A stretch of DNA of 64,000 nt from NCBI GenBank assembly GCA_022425485.1, contig JAKMFL010000040.1, positions 8,903-72,902 of the forward strand, read 5' to 3'. Origin of the DNA: Alphaproteobacteria bacterium. GTDB taxonomy: Bacteria; Pseudomonadota; Alphaproteobacteria; Puniceispirillales; Puniceispirillaceae. Made by a program: the position numbers and the translations under genes. The notes under the pieces are model-generated. The model made no database searches. It saw nothing but the letters and a program-made list of their open reading frames with translations, and had not been told where the DNA came from. Below, piece after piece: positions 32,334-41,337 of this stretch. Position 1 is the stretch's first letter, and each line of letters starts with the position of its first letter.

Positions 32334-33080
32334 TCAAGATATGCCGCTAAAGATACGGCTTATTCTAATCGAAAATGGCCATTTCCATATTTCCCAGAAA
32401 CGGGCATCACCGCCATGGCTGAAAAACAAAAACTCCGCCCGACCGATAAAATTTTCAAACGGCACAAAGCCAACACTAGAAGAGCGACTATCGCGTGAGT
32501 TATCGCGGTTGTCTCCCATCATAAAATAATGTCCGTCCGGTACGGTAAATTCAGGCGTGTTGTCAAAAACCTGATTATCACTGACTTCCTGAATAATATG
32601 GCGGTGCCCATCTGGAAAAACTTCCTCATAGCGCTGGGTAACAAGCGAAGATTGCCCAGAAGTAATATTGCCATTACCTACCAAGCGCCGTTCCACAGCC
32701 TGACCATTAATATGCAAAATCCCGCGTTTTACCTGTATTCTATCGCCGGGCAAGCCAACCACGCGCTTGATATAATCCACCGATACATTTGAGGGCAGCC
32801 GAAACACAGCCACATCCCCGCGCTCTGGCGTGCTTGCCATCACCCGGTTGGATATTGGCGCCGCACTAAAGGGGAAGGAATGGCGTGAATAGCCATAACT
32901 AAATTTAGAAACAAACAGATAGTCCCCTACCAGCAAGGTGGGTATCATTGACCCGGACGGAATATTAAACGGCTCGGCGATAACCGACCTAAAACTAATA
33001 GCAATAAGACCTGCTATAAAAAGCGTTTTAATGGTATCTAGCCATCCTGATTTGTCCTGTGCCTTATCACTTGATTTCAT
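32334..33080 (-). CDS. lepB: Signal peptidase I
   Basis: It has the catalytic box IPSGSMIPTL, KRVVGLPGD and GDNRDNSRDSR. Confidence 0.95.
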   Translation of the reverse strand: MKSSDKAQDKSGWLDTIKTLFIAGLIAISFRSVIAEPFNIPSGSMIPTLLVGDYLFVSKFSYGYSRHSFPFSAAPISNRVMASTPERGDVAVFRLPSNVSVDYIKRVVGLPGDRIQVKRGILHINGQAVERRLVGNGNITSGQSSLVTQRYEEVFPDGHRHIIQEVSDNQVFDNTPEFTVPDGHYFMMGDNRDNSRDSRSSSVGFVPFENFIGRAEFLFFSHGGDARFWEIWKWPFSIRISRIFSGIS

Positions 33081-33185
33081 TAAGAGCTACCGCCTATATC
33101 CTTTTCATCGCCCTATGCTTTAAGCACAAAAGCGCGTCTTGTATCAAGCATTGCCTTTAAGCTGTAGCAGTATTTGTGCGTCTAT

Positions 33186-33587
33186 TCATTGTGATGGCTC
33201 TGCAGAGAGTACCACAAAGGCTGATGAATAGGGTGGCTCGTCACTAATAGAGGCAAAAACACGCAAAACATGTCCAGCAGGCAAAAGCGCTTCTGCACCC
33301 GCAAGACACGCCCCAGATAATATTAGGTGCGGTGCACCGCTGCTATTACTTAATGTCGCCGCATGATGCCAGCGCATATTCGACTGGTCTGCGCCAGCTA
33401 GTGCTTTATACACCGCTTCTTTAACAGCAAATCGGCCAGCAAAATACGCCTCTTTCTGATTTCTTTTTGCTAGCTCTGCCTGTTCTTGTTTGGTCAAGAT
33501 ACGATTTATAAATCGTGTATCAAAACGGTTCAACAGCTCTGCTATCCTGCGTTGGTCGCAGATATCATGCCCGATGCCTAGGATCAC
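33186..33587 (-). CDS. acpS: Holo-[acyl-carrier-protein] synthase
   Basis: 133 aa with an N-terminal ILGIGHDI and an FAVKEAVYKAL motif. It has a 4-nt overlap with pdxJ. Confidence 0.9.
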   Translation of the reverse strand: MILGIGHDICDQRRIAELLNRFDTRFINRILTKQEQAELAKRNQKEAYFAGRFAVKEAVYKALAGADQSNMRWHHAATLSNSSGAPHLILSGACLAGAEALLPAGHVLRVFASISDEPPYSSAFVVLSAEPSQ

Positions 33588-34336
33588 ACGCGCTTCCTTG
33601 CTTCATCCATTAAATTCCGCATCTGGTTTATCGCATCCTCAAGCCCAGTAAAGACCGATGCACCAATTAAGAAATGCCCGATATTCAGCTCTACAATTTC
33701 AGGCATGGCCGCAATATCTGAAACCGTCTCAAAAGACAGGCCATGCCCTGCATGCACCTCTAAGCCTAGCGCGTGGGCAAAATGGGCGCCATGGGCAATT
33801 CTGCGTGCTTCGTGCTGGCGCCTCTCGCCGGCCGGACTGTCACAGTATCGCCCAGTATGAAGCTCAACAATATCAGCGCCTAACTTTGCTGCTGCTTGCA
33901 ACTCTTGCTCATCTGCATCCACAAATAGCGACACACGAATACCAGCCTTCTTTAACTGATCAATCATCGGGGCCAATCTTGTTTCTTGACCCGCAACTGC
34001 CAGCCCCCCTTCGGTAGTAAGCTCCTCGCGGCGTTCAGGCACGATACAAGCCGCAATAGGGCGCACGCGCAATGCGTTTTCCAGCATTTCTTGTGTCGCT
34101 GCCATTTCAAAATTCAGCGGTATATCAATAGCCTGCTTGAGGTCGTTGATATCCTCATCCTTGATGTGCCGCCTATCTTCCCGCAAATGAGCCGTAATCC
34201 CATCAGCGCCCGCTTTTTGTGCAAGCAAGGCGGCTGCAACAGGGCTAGGATGGGCACCCCCACGCGCATTGCGCAAGGTTGCTACATGATCGATATTTAC
34301 GCCGAGGCGAAGATGTTTCAATTTTATATGCTCCAT
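33584..34336 (-). CDS. pdxJ: Pyridoxine 5'-phosphate synthase
   Basis: Motifs LGVNIDHVATLRNARG, ITAHLREDRRHI and ELNIGH. Confidence 0.95.
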   Translation of the reverse strand: MEHIKLKHLRLGVNIDHVATLRNARGGAHPSPVAAALLAQKAGADGITAHLREDRRHIKDEDINDLKQAIDIPLNFEMAATQEMLENALRVRPIAACIVPERREELTTEGGLAVAGQETRLAPMIDQLKKAGIRVSLFVDADEQELQAAAKLGADIVELHTGRYCDSPAGERRQHEARRIAHGAHFAHALGLEVHAGHGLSFETVSDIAAMPEIVELNIGHFLIGASVFTGLEDAINQMRNLMDEARKRV

Positions 34337-34391
34337 AGCCTGTATCTGGCTGTCAAAAAATCAAAAGAACTTTCAAGTAAACAAAGAAAAT

Positions 34392-34946
34392 TTATGGCTG
34401 CTCTGTTTTCTCGCGCATCTGCCTTTTTGCCGCCATTCTACGTGCGCGATGCTGGCGCCAACTAACCACCGCCCAATAGGCAAATGCAAAACTGATAAGC
34501 CAGCTTAGTACCCCCATCACCATACCGCCAATGACTAACGGAAAAAAGTGCTGGGCGAACTGACCATAGGTATTTATCCCATCTCCAGTTAAAAACCAGT
34601 TATTGAGGCCAATTGTCTCACTCAGATAGAGGCCAGTCTTGTGCAATAGGATAAAAATAAATGGAAACGTCCAAGGATTGCCAACAATAGTTCCTGCCCA
34701 AGAGGCAATAACATTGCCGCGGATAAGATAGGCTAGCACCGCTGCAAGCACCAGATGAAACCCTATCAAAGGCGTAAAAGATACGGCCACCCCACAAGCA
34801 AATCCAGCCGCAAGCGAATATGGCGTGCCGGGCATGCGTAACACACGCTGTGCCATATAGCTGTATAAACGCGAAAAGCCCTTGCGCGGAAAAATAATTT
34901 CACGCAAGCGAGCTCGCCAGCTTAATGGAACACGACGTCTAAACAT
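34392..34946 (-). CDS. DUF2062-family membrane protein
   Basis: About 184 aa from the ATG at 34946, with a basic N-terminus followed by 3-4 TM segments. It holds the conserved position between spoT and pdxJ. Confidence 0.6.
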   Translation of the reverse strand: MFRRRVPLSWRARLREIIFPRKGFSRLYSYMAQRVLRMPGTPYSLAAGFACGVAVSFTPLIGFHLVLAAVLAYLIRGNVIASWAGTIVGNPWTFPFIFILLHKTGLYLSETIGLNNWFLTGDGINTYGQFAQHFFPLVIGGMVMGVLSWLISFAFAYWAVVSWRQHRARRMAAKRQMREKTEQP

Positions 34947-34970
34947 GCAACACAACTTTGTTAAAATTCG

Positions 34971-37169
34971 TCAGAAACTATGACGATCTGCGGATTCTAT
35001 GTATTTATTGGATCTCAATACCGCAACTATAGACTGGATATGTTCCAAATTTTTAACATCAATATCAAGAATAAAGGTAAAGAAATTCAGATTTCTTTCC
35101 GTTAACTGAATTTGTGTAATATTACCGGCTTGCTGGCCAATTACCGTGCATAGGGCTGCTAGCGCGCCCGGTTCGTTTAAAATTACCGCACATATCCGCC
35201 CAGCATAGCGAGCAAGGTTATTTCGTGGCCATTCCACTTCCAGCCATAATTCTGGTATTTCCACAAACTTGGTCAGGGTCGAACAGCTTTTAGTATGTAC
35301 TGTAATCCCTTTTCCAGTTGTTACAATGCCTACAATCCGGTCACCGGGAAGTGGATGACAGCATTTAGCGAGATGCACTGCCAGCCCTTCATAAGAGCTA
35401 TCCATTGAAAATACAGGCTGCGGCAGGGCTTCAGCACTGCGCTTGCGCCCGCTTTTATCTTCTTTTTTAGCCAACGCCTGTTCTGGATGCAAATGCTCAA
35501 ACAGATCTCGGGTCTTCAGCCGCTGTTCTGCAATTTGCACATAAAGCTCATCAATAGTTGAAAGATTGAAAGCAGGTAAAGCCGTGCGGATTAACCCCTC
35601 ATCAAAGGGGGTTTTGCGGAAACGATATTCACGCTCTAATAACGCTTTACCGACACGGCCAAATTCATTTTGCTTTTGCAAGCGGATAAATCGTTTGATA
35701 GCAGACTTGGCGCGGCCGGTAATGGCATAATCTTCCCATTCGCCTTTTGGCTTAGCGTCCTTATCGGTCAGAACTTTCACTTGGTCGCCATTTACAAGCT
35801 CGGTGGTTAGCTGGCGCCGCTTTTCATTAATCATCACCCCGACGCATTTATCCCCCACATCTGTATGCACCGCATAGGCAAAATCAATTGCCGTTGCCCC
35901 TTTGGGTAGGCCTATTAAGTCGCCCTTTGGGGTAAAACAGAACACTTGATCCTTATACATCTCAAGCTTGGTGTTTTCCAAAAACTCGGTTGGCTCATCA
36001 TTTAACTCTAGCAAGGAGACGAGTTCACGTGCCCACCGAAAAGTTTCTAGCTTTTCAACCTGTTCAGCCGTGCCGCCATCTTCTGCTTGCTTATAGCTCC
36101 AATGCGCTGCAACCCCCCGCTCTGCTTTATCATCCATATCCGCTGTTCGGATTTGAATTTCAATCTTTTGCTTTAACGGGCCAATAACCCCAGTATGAAG
36201 CGAGCGATAACCATTTGCTTTGGGGGTGGAGATATAATCTTTAAATCGGCCCATAACAACCGGGAAATGGGTATGGATAATCCCCAACACCTGATAACAA
36301 GCCACACTATCTGGTACAATGATGCGAAACGCCATCACATCTGCCAGCTGCTCCATAGTGACGTTTTTTACCTTCATCTTGCGCGAGATGGAATAAGGTG
36401 TCTTGCGCCTCCCCGTTACCTCACAGTCAATATCATGCGTTTGAATAAGGCGCTTTAATTCAGCACAGATATCTGGAACGACCTGCTCTGTTTCAATGGC
36501 TAGAAAATCAAGACGGCTAACGATAGATTCCCGCAATTCTGGCTGTAGCTCCTGAAAAGCGAGGTCTTCCAGCTCTTGCTGGAAACGGGTAATACCCATA
36601 CGCTCGGCCAAGGGCGCATAAATTTCCATTGTTTCATTAGCGATGCGCCAACGCCGTTCATCTTTTTTAACGGCGCCTAGGGTTTGCATATTATGCGTGC
36701 GGTCAGCAAGCTTGACCAGCAATACCCGTATGTCGCGGCCGACAGCCAACACAAATTTACGAAAATTCTCAGCTTGTTTGGTGTCGATAGATTTCAGCTC
36801 AATCTGGCTAAGCTTGGTTACGCCATTTACCAGCTCAGCAACGTCGCCGCCAAATGCCTTCGCTAATATCTCGAGGCTAACATCACAATCTTCAACCGTA
36901 TCATGCAGCAATGCCGTGATAAGCGTGTCATTATCAAGCTTCATTTCGGCTAGCAAGCTAGCCACAGCTATGGGATGGGTAAAATAGGGAATACCGCTAT
37001 CGCGTCTTTGCCCTGCATGGGCGTCGCGTCCAAATTCAAAGGCGCGGTGCAGGCGGGCAAGCCCATCTGCACCTAAATATTGAGAGGCCGCATCAACAAG
37101 TGTCTGGTAACCGGCGCTAACAGGGTCGGTTTCATCTAATTTCTGATTGGATATAGTACCCTGCGGCAT
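34971..37169 (-). CDS. spoT: Bifunctional (p)ppGpp synthetase/hydrolase (RelA/SpoT homologue)
   Basis: 732 aa with an HD hydrolase domain (HPIAV...LLHDTVED), a synthetase domain (YRSLHT) and TGS and ACT C-terminal domains. Confidence 0.93.
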   Translation of the reverse strand: MPQGTISNQKLDETDPVSAGYQTLVDAASQYLGADGLARLHRAFEFGRDAHAGQRRDSGIPYFTHPIAVASLLAEMKLDNDTLITALLHDTVEDCDVSLEILAKAFGGDVAELVNGVTKLSQIELKSIDTKQAENFRKFVLAVGRDIRVLLVKLADRTHNMQTLGAVKKDERRWRIANETMEIYAPLAERMGITRFQQELEDLAFQELQPELRESIVSRLDFLAIETEQVVPDICAELKRLIQTHDIDCEVTGRRKTPYSISRKMKVKNVTMEQLADVMAFRIIVPDSVACYQVLGIIHTHFPVVMGRFKDYISTPKANGYRSLHTGVIGPLKQKIEIQIRTADMDDKAERGVAAHWSYKQAEDGGTAEQVEKLETFRWARELVSLLELNDEPTEFLENTKLEMYKDQVFCFTPKGDLIGLPKGATAIDFAYAVHTDVGDKCVGVMINEKRRQLTTELVNGDQVKVLTDKDAKPKGEWEDYAITGRAKSAIKRFIRLQKQNEFGRVGKALLEREYRFRKTPFDEGLIRTALPAFNLSTIDELYVQIAEQRLKTRDLFEHLHPEQALAKKEDKSGRKRSAEALPQPVFSMDSSYEGLAVHLAKCCHPLPGDRIVGIVTTGKGITVHTKSCSTLTKFVEIPELWLEVEWPRNNLARYAGRICAVILNEPGALAALCTVIGQQAGNITQIQLTERNLNFFTFILDIDVKNLEHIQSIVAVLRSNKYIESADRHSF

Positions 37170-37222
37170 TCTCTAATATCTGTTTTATGTGCTTTTCAGG
37201 CGGTGAATATAGTGTCCGCTAA

Positions 37223-37636
37223 TCAGCTATCATCGTCAAGCGATGCAATATCTACATCTTCAAAGCCAGTGGCATCTAGCTCTGCGCCTGTGCCAATTTG
37301 CATGCCCGTATCTTCCATATTATCGATGCTGTTCAGCCCGATCATATTTGACATATCTTCTTCAGCTGTAGCCGCAGCCTCATCAGGAGTGCTGGTCTCT
37401 TCTTCACGCTCATTCAAGCGTTGTAGAGAGCGAACGATCCGCTCTTCAATGTGAACAATGTCGATAGTTTCGTCAGCGATTTCACGCAAAGCAACCACAG
37501 GATTTTTATCTTCATCCCGGTCAATGGTTAGTAATTCACCCTTTTGGATATTACGGGCACGCTGAGCGGCGGTCAAAACCAGATCAAAACGGTTGGGAAT
37601 TTTGTCGATGCAATCTTCAACGGTGACGCGGGCCAT
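37223..37636 (-). CDS. rpoZ: DNA-directed RNA polymerase omega subunit with an acidic C-terminal tail
   Basis: The N-terminus is [28 protein letters not shown]. Confidence 0.93.
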   Translation of the reverse strand: MARVTVEDCIDKIPNRFDLVLTAAQRARNIQKGELLTIDRDEDKNPVVALREIADETIDIVHIEERIVRSLQRLNEREEETSTPDEAAATAEEDMSNMIGLNSIDNMEDTGMQIGTGAELDATGFEDVDIASLDDDS

Positions 37637-37737
37637 AGAGCTCGTCTCCTTCTAGTGCTAGCTAAATCGTCTGAAAAGAAGGTTTGTATTAGCTGAAAAT
37701 ACGCTTAAATTCAAGATAAAATACACATTCAAAGAGT

Positions 37738-38268
37738 TTAAAGTGGTAAGCACTCTTGCGTGCCCTCGGGGCTGGCTAAAAAATTCTGGTATAGCGTATC
37801 TATTACTAACCCGTTTTCAGGGTGACGGAAATCAGCTGCAATCTCCATTAGCGGGCGCAAAACAAAGGCGCGTTCATGCAAGCGTGGATGGGGTATTTCA
37901 AGTTGCGCGTCTGCTATTACTTGCCTGCCAAAGAATAGGATATCGATATCCAGCACCCTTGCCGCGTTACGAACCGAACGCACGCGCCCAAATCTTGCTT
38001 CGATTTTATTGACCTCCCGCAGCAATTCATGCGGTGTTTTATCGCTTGCAACGCCCAATACTGCATTTAAAAAATCAGGCTGGTCAGATACGGGCACTGG
38101 GGCTGTACGGTACCAACCAGACCGCTGTATAATGGGGGCGACTTCCTCAATTTGCGCAATAGCCGCTTCTAGAGCTTCTAGCAAATTATCATAGCCATCT
38201 GGCACCAGATTAGCCCCGATACCTAAATATGCGCTTACCTCATGCATGAGAGAACTGCCCCATTTCAT
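37738..38268 (-). CDS. folK: 2-amino-4-hydroxy-6-hydroxymethyldihydropteridine diphosphokinase
   Basis: It has LDIDILFFG and PHPRLHERAFVLRPL motifs. The start may be the ATG at 38247. Confidence 0.88.
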   Translation of the reverse strand: MKWGSSLMHEVSAYLGIGANLVPDGYDNLLEALEAAIAQIEEVAPIIQRSGWYRTAPVPVSDQPDFLNAVLGVASDKTPHELLREVNKIEARFGRVRSVRNAARVLDIDILFFGRQVIADAQLEIPHPRLHERAFVLRPLMEIAADFRHPENGLVIDTLYQNFLASPEGTQECLPL

Positions 38269-38349
38269 TTAACCTGTTTTTCGCGTTTCAAGCGGTGCCG
38301 CAAATTATCTTTAAAAATACAGATAGCTAAAAAGTAACTTCACAACGCC

Positions 38350-38397
38350 TAATAATGCCCATGATAATGATCATGATAATGCCCGTAATAATGCCCT
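38350..38397. repeat. 12-bp tandem repeat x4 (T[A/G]ATAATG[C/A][C/T]C[A/G/T]) in the folK / NYN divergent intergenic region
   Basis: The units are TAATAATGCCCA, TGATAATGATCA, TGATAATGCCCG and TAATAATGCCCT, read directly at 38350-38397. Confidence 0.85.
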
Positions 38398-38530
38398 TGC
38401 GATACTGCCAGAGAAATAGGCTAGATACTAGACAAGTCGGAAAAAAACAGCTAGAAATAATCCTACAACCAATTGATGAAATTTTGTTTTTTTTACCTCA
38501 TAGTTATTATTTTTTTAAGGCCTTTTTAAA

Positions 38531-39055
38531 ATGCATTTACCAGAACGCTCCGCTTTATTTATTGATGGCTCAAATTTTCACGCCACTACTAAACTGCTAA
38601 ATCTAGATATTGACTATCTTAGGCTTCTTGATTTTTTCAAACAAAAAGAGCGTGTTATACGCGCCTATTACTATACAGCTTTACCTGATCCATCTGAGCA
38701 ATCCCATTTGCGCAAGCTGATCGATTTCCTTGATTATAATGGCTACACTATCGTCAGTAAGCTGACTCGTGAATATGTTAATCAATTAACTGGCGAGAAG
38801 CGTACCAAAGGCAATATGGATATGGAGCTTGCCTTGGATATGTTAAAACTCTCTCCTTATATCGATCATGCTTATCTGTTTTCAGGGGATGGTGATTTCT
38901 GCCGCCTATTGGAAGAGGTGCAAGATAGAGGGGTTCGGGTAACCGTCGTATCGTCGATGCGCACCCAGCCAAATATGGTCTCAGACGCCTTACGCCGTAA
39001 AGCAGATAATTTTCTAGAACTTGGTGATATTTTTGCTGAATTTGAACGTCAATAG
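38531..39055 (+). CDS. NYN-domain (LabA-like) predicted ribonuclease
   Basis: 174 aa. ALFIDGSNF, an acidic MDMELALD segment and LFSGDGDF are arranged like PIN/NYN catalytic Asp motifs. Confidence 0.7.
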   Translation: MHLPERSALFIDGSNFHATTKLLNLDIDYLRLLDFFKQKERVIRAYYYTALPDPSEQSHLRKLIDFLDYNGYTIVSKLTREYVNQLTGEKRTKGNMDMELALDMLKLSPYIDHAYLFSGDGDFCRLLEEVQDRGVRVTVVSSMRTQPNMVSDALRRKADNFLELGDIFAEFERQ

Positions 39056-39066
39056 CTGGTCTTTTC

Positions 39067-39711
39067 ATGCCGTCCTCTCAACTTGATTTTATCGCCCCAA
39101 AAGGGTGCCGAAAATGCCAGCGTCTGGCAGATTTCATTGACAGTCACCGGGAAAAACATCCCGAATGGCATAATGGGCCTGTCCCGTCCTTTGGTTCCAT
39201 AGATGCGCCTATCCTGATTTTAGGGCTAGCACCCGGTCTGCGCGGGGCGAACGCTACTGGCCGTCCCTTTACTGGCGATTTTGCAGGCAAGGTTTTATAT
39301 GACGCTTTGCTTAAAATTGGATTGGCAAGCGGGAGGTATGACGCGCATATTGAGGATAGCCTTCACTTAAATCATGTCAGGATTGCGAATGCGGTTAGAT
39401 GTGTGCCGCCGCAAAACAAACCAATTGCCGCAGAAATTGCGATGTGTCGGCCCTATTTATCCGATGAATTGGCGAGGATGAAAAATTTGAAGGCTATTTT
39501 TGTTTTAGGACGTATCGCGCATGAAACAGTGCTGCGCCATTTTAGCTTGAAATTAGCGGATTATGCGTTTTCCCATGATAATGAGCTGAGCCTGCCAAAT
39601 GGATTAAAACTCATCAGCTCTTATCATTGCTCGCGCTATAATGTGCAGACTAATCGGCTAACAATAGAAATGTTTGATAAGGTCTGCCAACGCCTGAAAG
39701 CCTTTACCTGA
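39067..39711 (+). CDS. Uracil-DNA glycosylase superfamily protein, family 4/5-like with Fe-S cysteines
   Basis: Motif A is GLAPGLRGANATGRPFTGD, close to the family 5 GLAPA..G.NRTGR.FTGD. It has four Cys (CRKC, VRCVPP, MCRPY) and a motif B-like SYHCSRYN. Confidence 0.75.
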   Translation: MPSSQLDFIAPKGCRKCQRLADFIDSHREKHPEWHNGPVPSFGSIDAPILILGLAPGLRGANATGRPFTGDFAGKVLYDALLKIGLASGRYDAHIEDSLHLNHVRIANAVRCVPPQNKPIAAEIAMCRPYLSDELARMKNLKAIFVLGRIAHETVLRHFSLKLADYAFSHDNELSLPNGLKLISSYHCSRYNVQTNRLTIEMFDKVCQRLKAFT

Positions 39712-39737
39712 AAGCGCTTATTTACGCGCAATCTCTA

Positions 39738-40193
39738 TCAGCCACCCTTTAGCAGGCGGTTTTTCTGTCGTGACCAGTCTCTATCGCGCTCTGCCTGCCT
39801 TTTATCTGCTTTTTTCTTGCCTCTAGCGATCCCTATCTGGATTTTAACCAACCCGCGATCATTAAAATAAAGAGAAAGCGGCACAAGCGTTACCCCTTCG
39901 CGCCGGATCATGCCCAGCAGTTTATTACGCTCTTTATGGTTAACCAGTAATTCGCGGACACGTTTAGGTTCATGGTTATCCCGCGCGGCTGGATAGACCT
40001 GAATATTGGCATTAAACAGCACCAGCCTACCTCTATTTTCACCAGCATAGCTCTCGGCAATACTAGCGCGGCCAAGGCGCAGGGATTTAACCTCGCTTCC
40101 CCTCAGGATAAGTCCTGCTTCCAGCGTATCTTCTATCAGATAATCGTGGCGGGCTTTACGATTTTCAGCAATGCGCCCTGTAGTGATGGCCAT
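39738..40193 (-). CDS. smpB: SsrA-binding protein
   Basis: 151 aa with IAENRKARHDY and LILRGSEVKSLR motifs. Confidence 0.95.
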   Translation of the reverse strand: MAITTGRIAENRKARHDYLIEDTLEAGLILRGSEVKSLRLGRASIAESYAGENRGRLVLFNANIQVYPAARDNHEPKRVRELLVNHKERNKLLGMIRREGVTLVPLSLYFNDRGLVKIQIGIARGKKKADKRQAERDRDWSRQKNRLLKGG

Positions 40194-40251
40194 CAGATGC
40201 CCTTCAAAAGGTCAGTAATGATTTTATAGCTTAAGCTGCGCTTTACAAACC

Positions 40252-41157
40252 CTATAACAGCTCTGCCGCTTTTAATGCCGCTTCAACTGCGCGCTTTGAG
40301 CTATCTTCTATTTCAACAAGCGGCTTACGTGTGGTAGCGCCAGCTATTCCCAAAAGTGAGGCCGCATATTTTACTGGGCCCGGGCTTGCTTCACAGAAAA
40401 GAGCCGTATGTAACGGCATTAATTTCTGATGGAGTTCTAGGGCGCGTGCCGGATCGTTCCCTATCACCCATGCACGATGTAGCTCCGAGCATAAAGCGGG
40501 TGCTACATTGCTCACCACAGAAATACACCCATGACCACCAGCCGCCAGATAGGGCAGCACCGTAGCATCTTCGCCTGAGAGTTGACAAAAGCCCTCCCCT
40601 ATCAGGGATTTTAGCTTTGTTGGGCGCGAGCAGTCTGCTGTTGCATCCTTCACACCTGCAATATTAGGATGCGCGGCAAGCTCTGCCATCAGCTCATCTG
40701 AGACCTGAACAATGGAACGCCCCGGAATATCATAGATAATTAACGGTATGGAAATAGCCTCTGCAACGCTGGTGAAATGTGCCTTTAGACCAGCTTGTGT
40801 TGGCTTGTTATAATAAGGGGAGACAACCAAAGCCGCATCTGCCCCTACCTTTTGGGCATGCTGGGCTAACCGTACAGACTCTGCGGTGCTGTTAGAGCCC
40901 GCACCAGCGATAATCGGCACGCGCCCATTATTCACTTTAACGCAAATCTCAACAACGCGATCATGCTCTTGATGGCTCAAGGTGGGCGACTCGCCAGTTG
41001 TACCAACAGGTACCAGACCATCTGTTCCCTGCTCTATCTGCCAGTCTACAAGCGCCTCAAAACGTGCTTCATCAAGCGAGCCATCGTCTTTAAACGGGGT
41101 GATAAGGGCCGTGTAAGAGCCAGCGAAAGGTAAATCTGGATAGAGGCTAGACATCAA
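40252..41157 (-). CDS. dapA: 4-hydroxy-tetrahydrodipicolinate synthase
   Basis: Motifs ALITPF, VPVGTTGESPTLS and the Schiff-base Lys region GVKDA. Confidence 0.93.
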   Translation of the reverse strand: MMSSLYPDLPFAGSYTALITPFKDDGSLDEARFEALVDWQIEQGTDGLVPVGTTGESPTLSHQEHDRVVEICVKVNNGRVPIIAGAGSNSTAESVRLAQHAQKVGADAALVVSPYYNKPTQAGLKAHFTSVAEAISIPLIIYDIPGRSIVQVSDELMAELAAHPNIAGVKDATADCSRPTKLKSLIGEGFCQLSGEDATVLPYLAAGGHGCISVVSNVAPALCSELHRAWVIGNDPARALELHQKLMPLHTALFCEASPGPVKYAASLLGIAGATTRKPLVEIEDSSKRAVEAALKAAELL

Positions 41158-41337
41158 AATTGCTCATTATCTAAAAAAGGGTTTCCAGCGCAGCTCAAAA
41201 AATGCGCTAAGCTAAAGTGTAGATGAAAATAACAAATTCCTGCAGGAAAACAAGATTTGCGTTGATGCGCACCTGATTTTATTGTCATTAGAAGAAAACA
41301 AACCCGCACCTAACCACGCAGGAAAGACAAAGCAACT

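Noticed and set aside
38355-38600. 81-aa ORF starting MPMIMIMIMPVIMPL, which could be read as a Met/Ile-rich leader peptide.
   Set aside because: The odd N-terminus is just the translation of the 12-bp ATAATG repeat. The ORF has no SD, runs into and overlaps the well-supported NYN gene start, and the rest looks like random AT-rich translation. The minus-strand His/Tyr-rich reading frame of the same repeat has an upstream in-frame TAG and no start codon.
40194-40251. Looked for a tmRNA (ssrA) gene next to smpB.
   Set aside because: The flanking spacers are under 60 nt and show no tRNA-like acceptor/T-arm sequence. Two-piece alphaproteobacterial ssrA must lie elsewhere.
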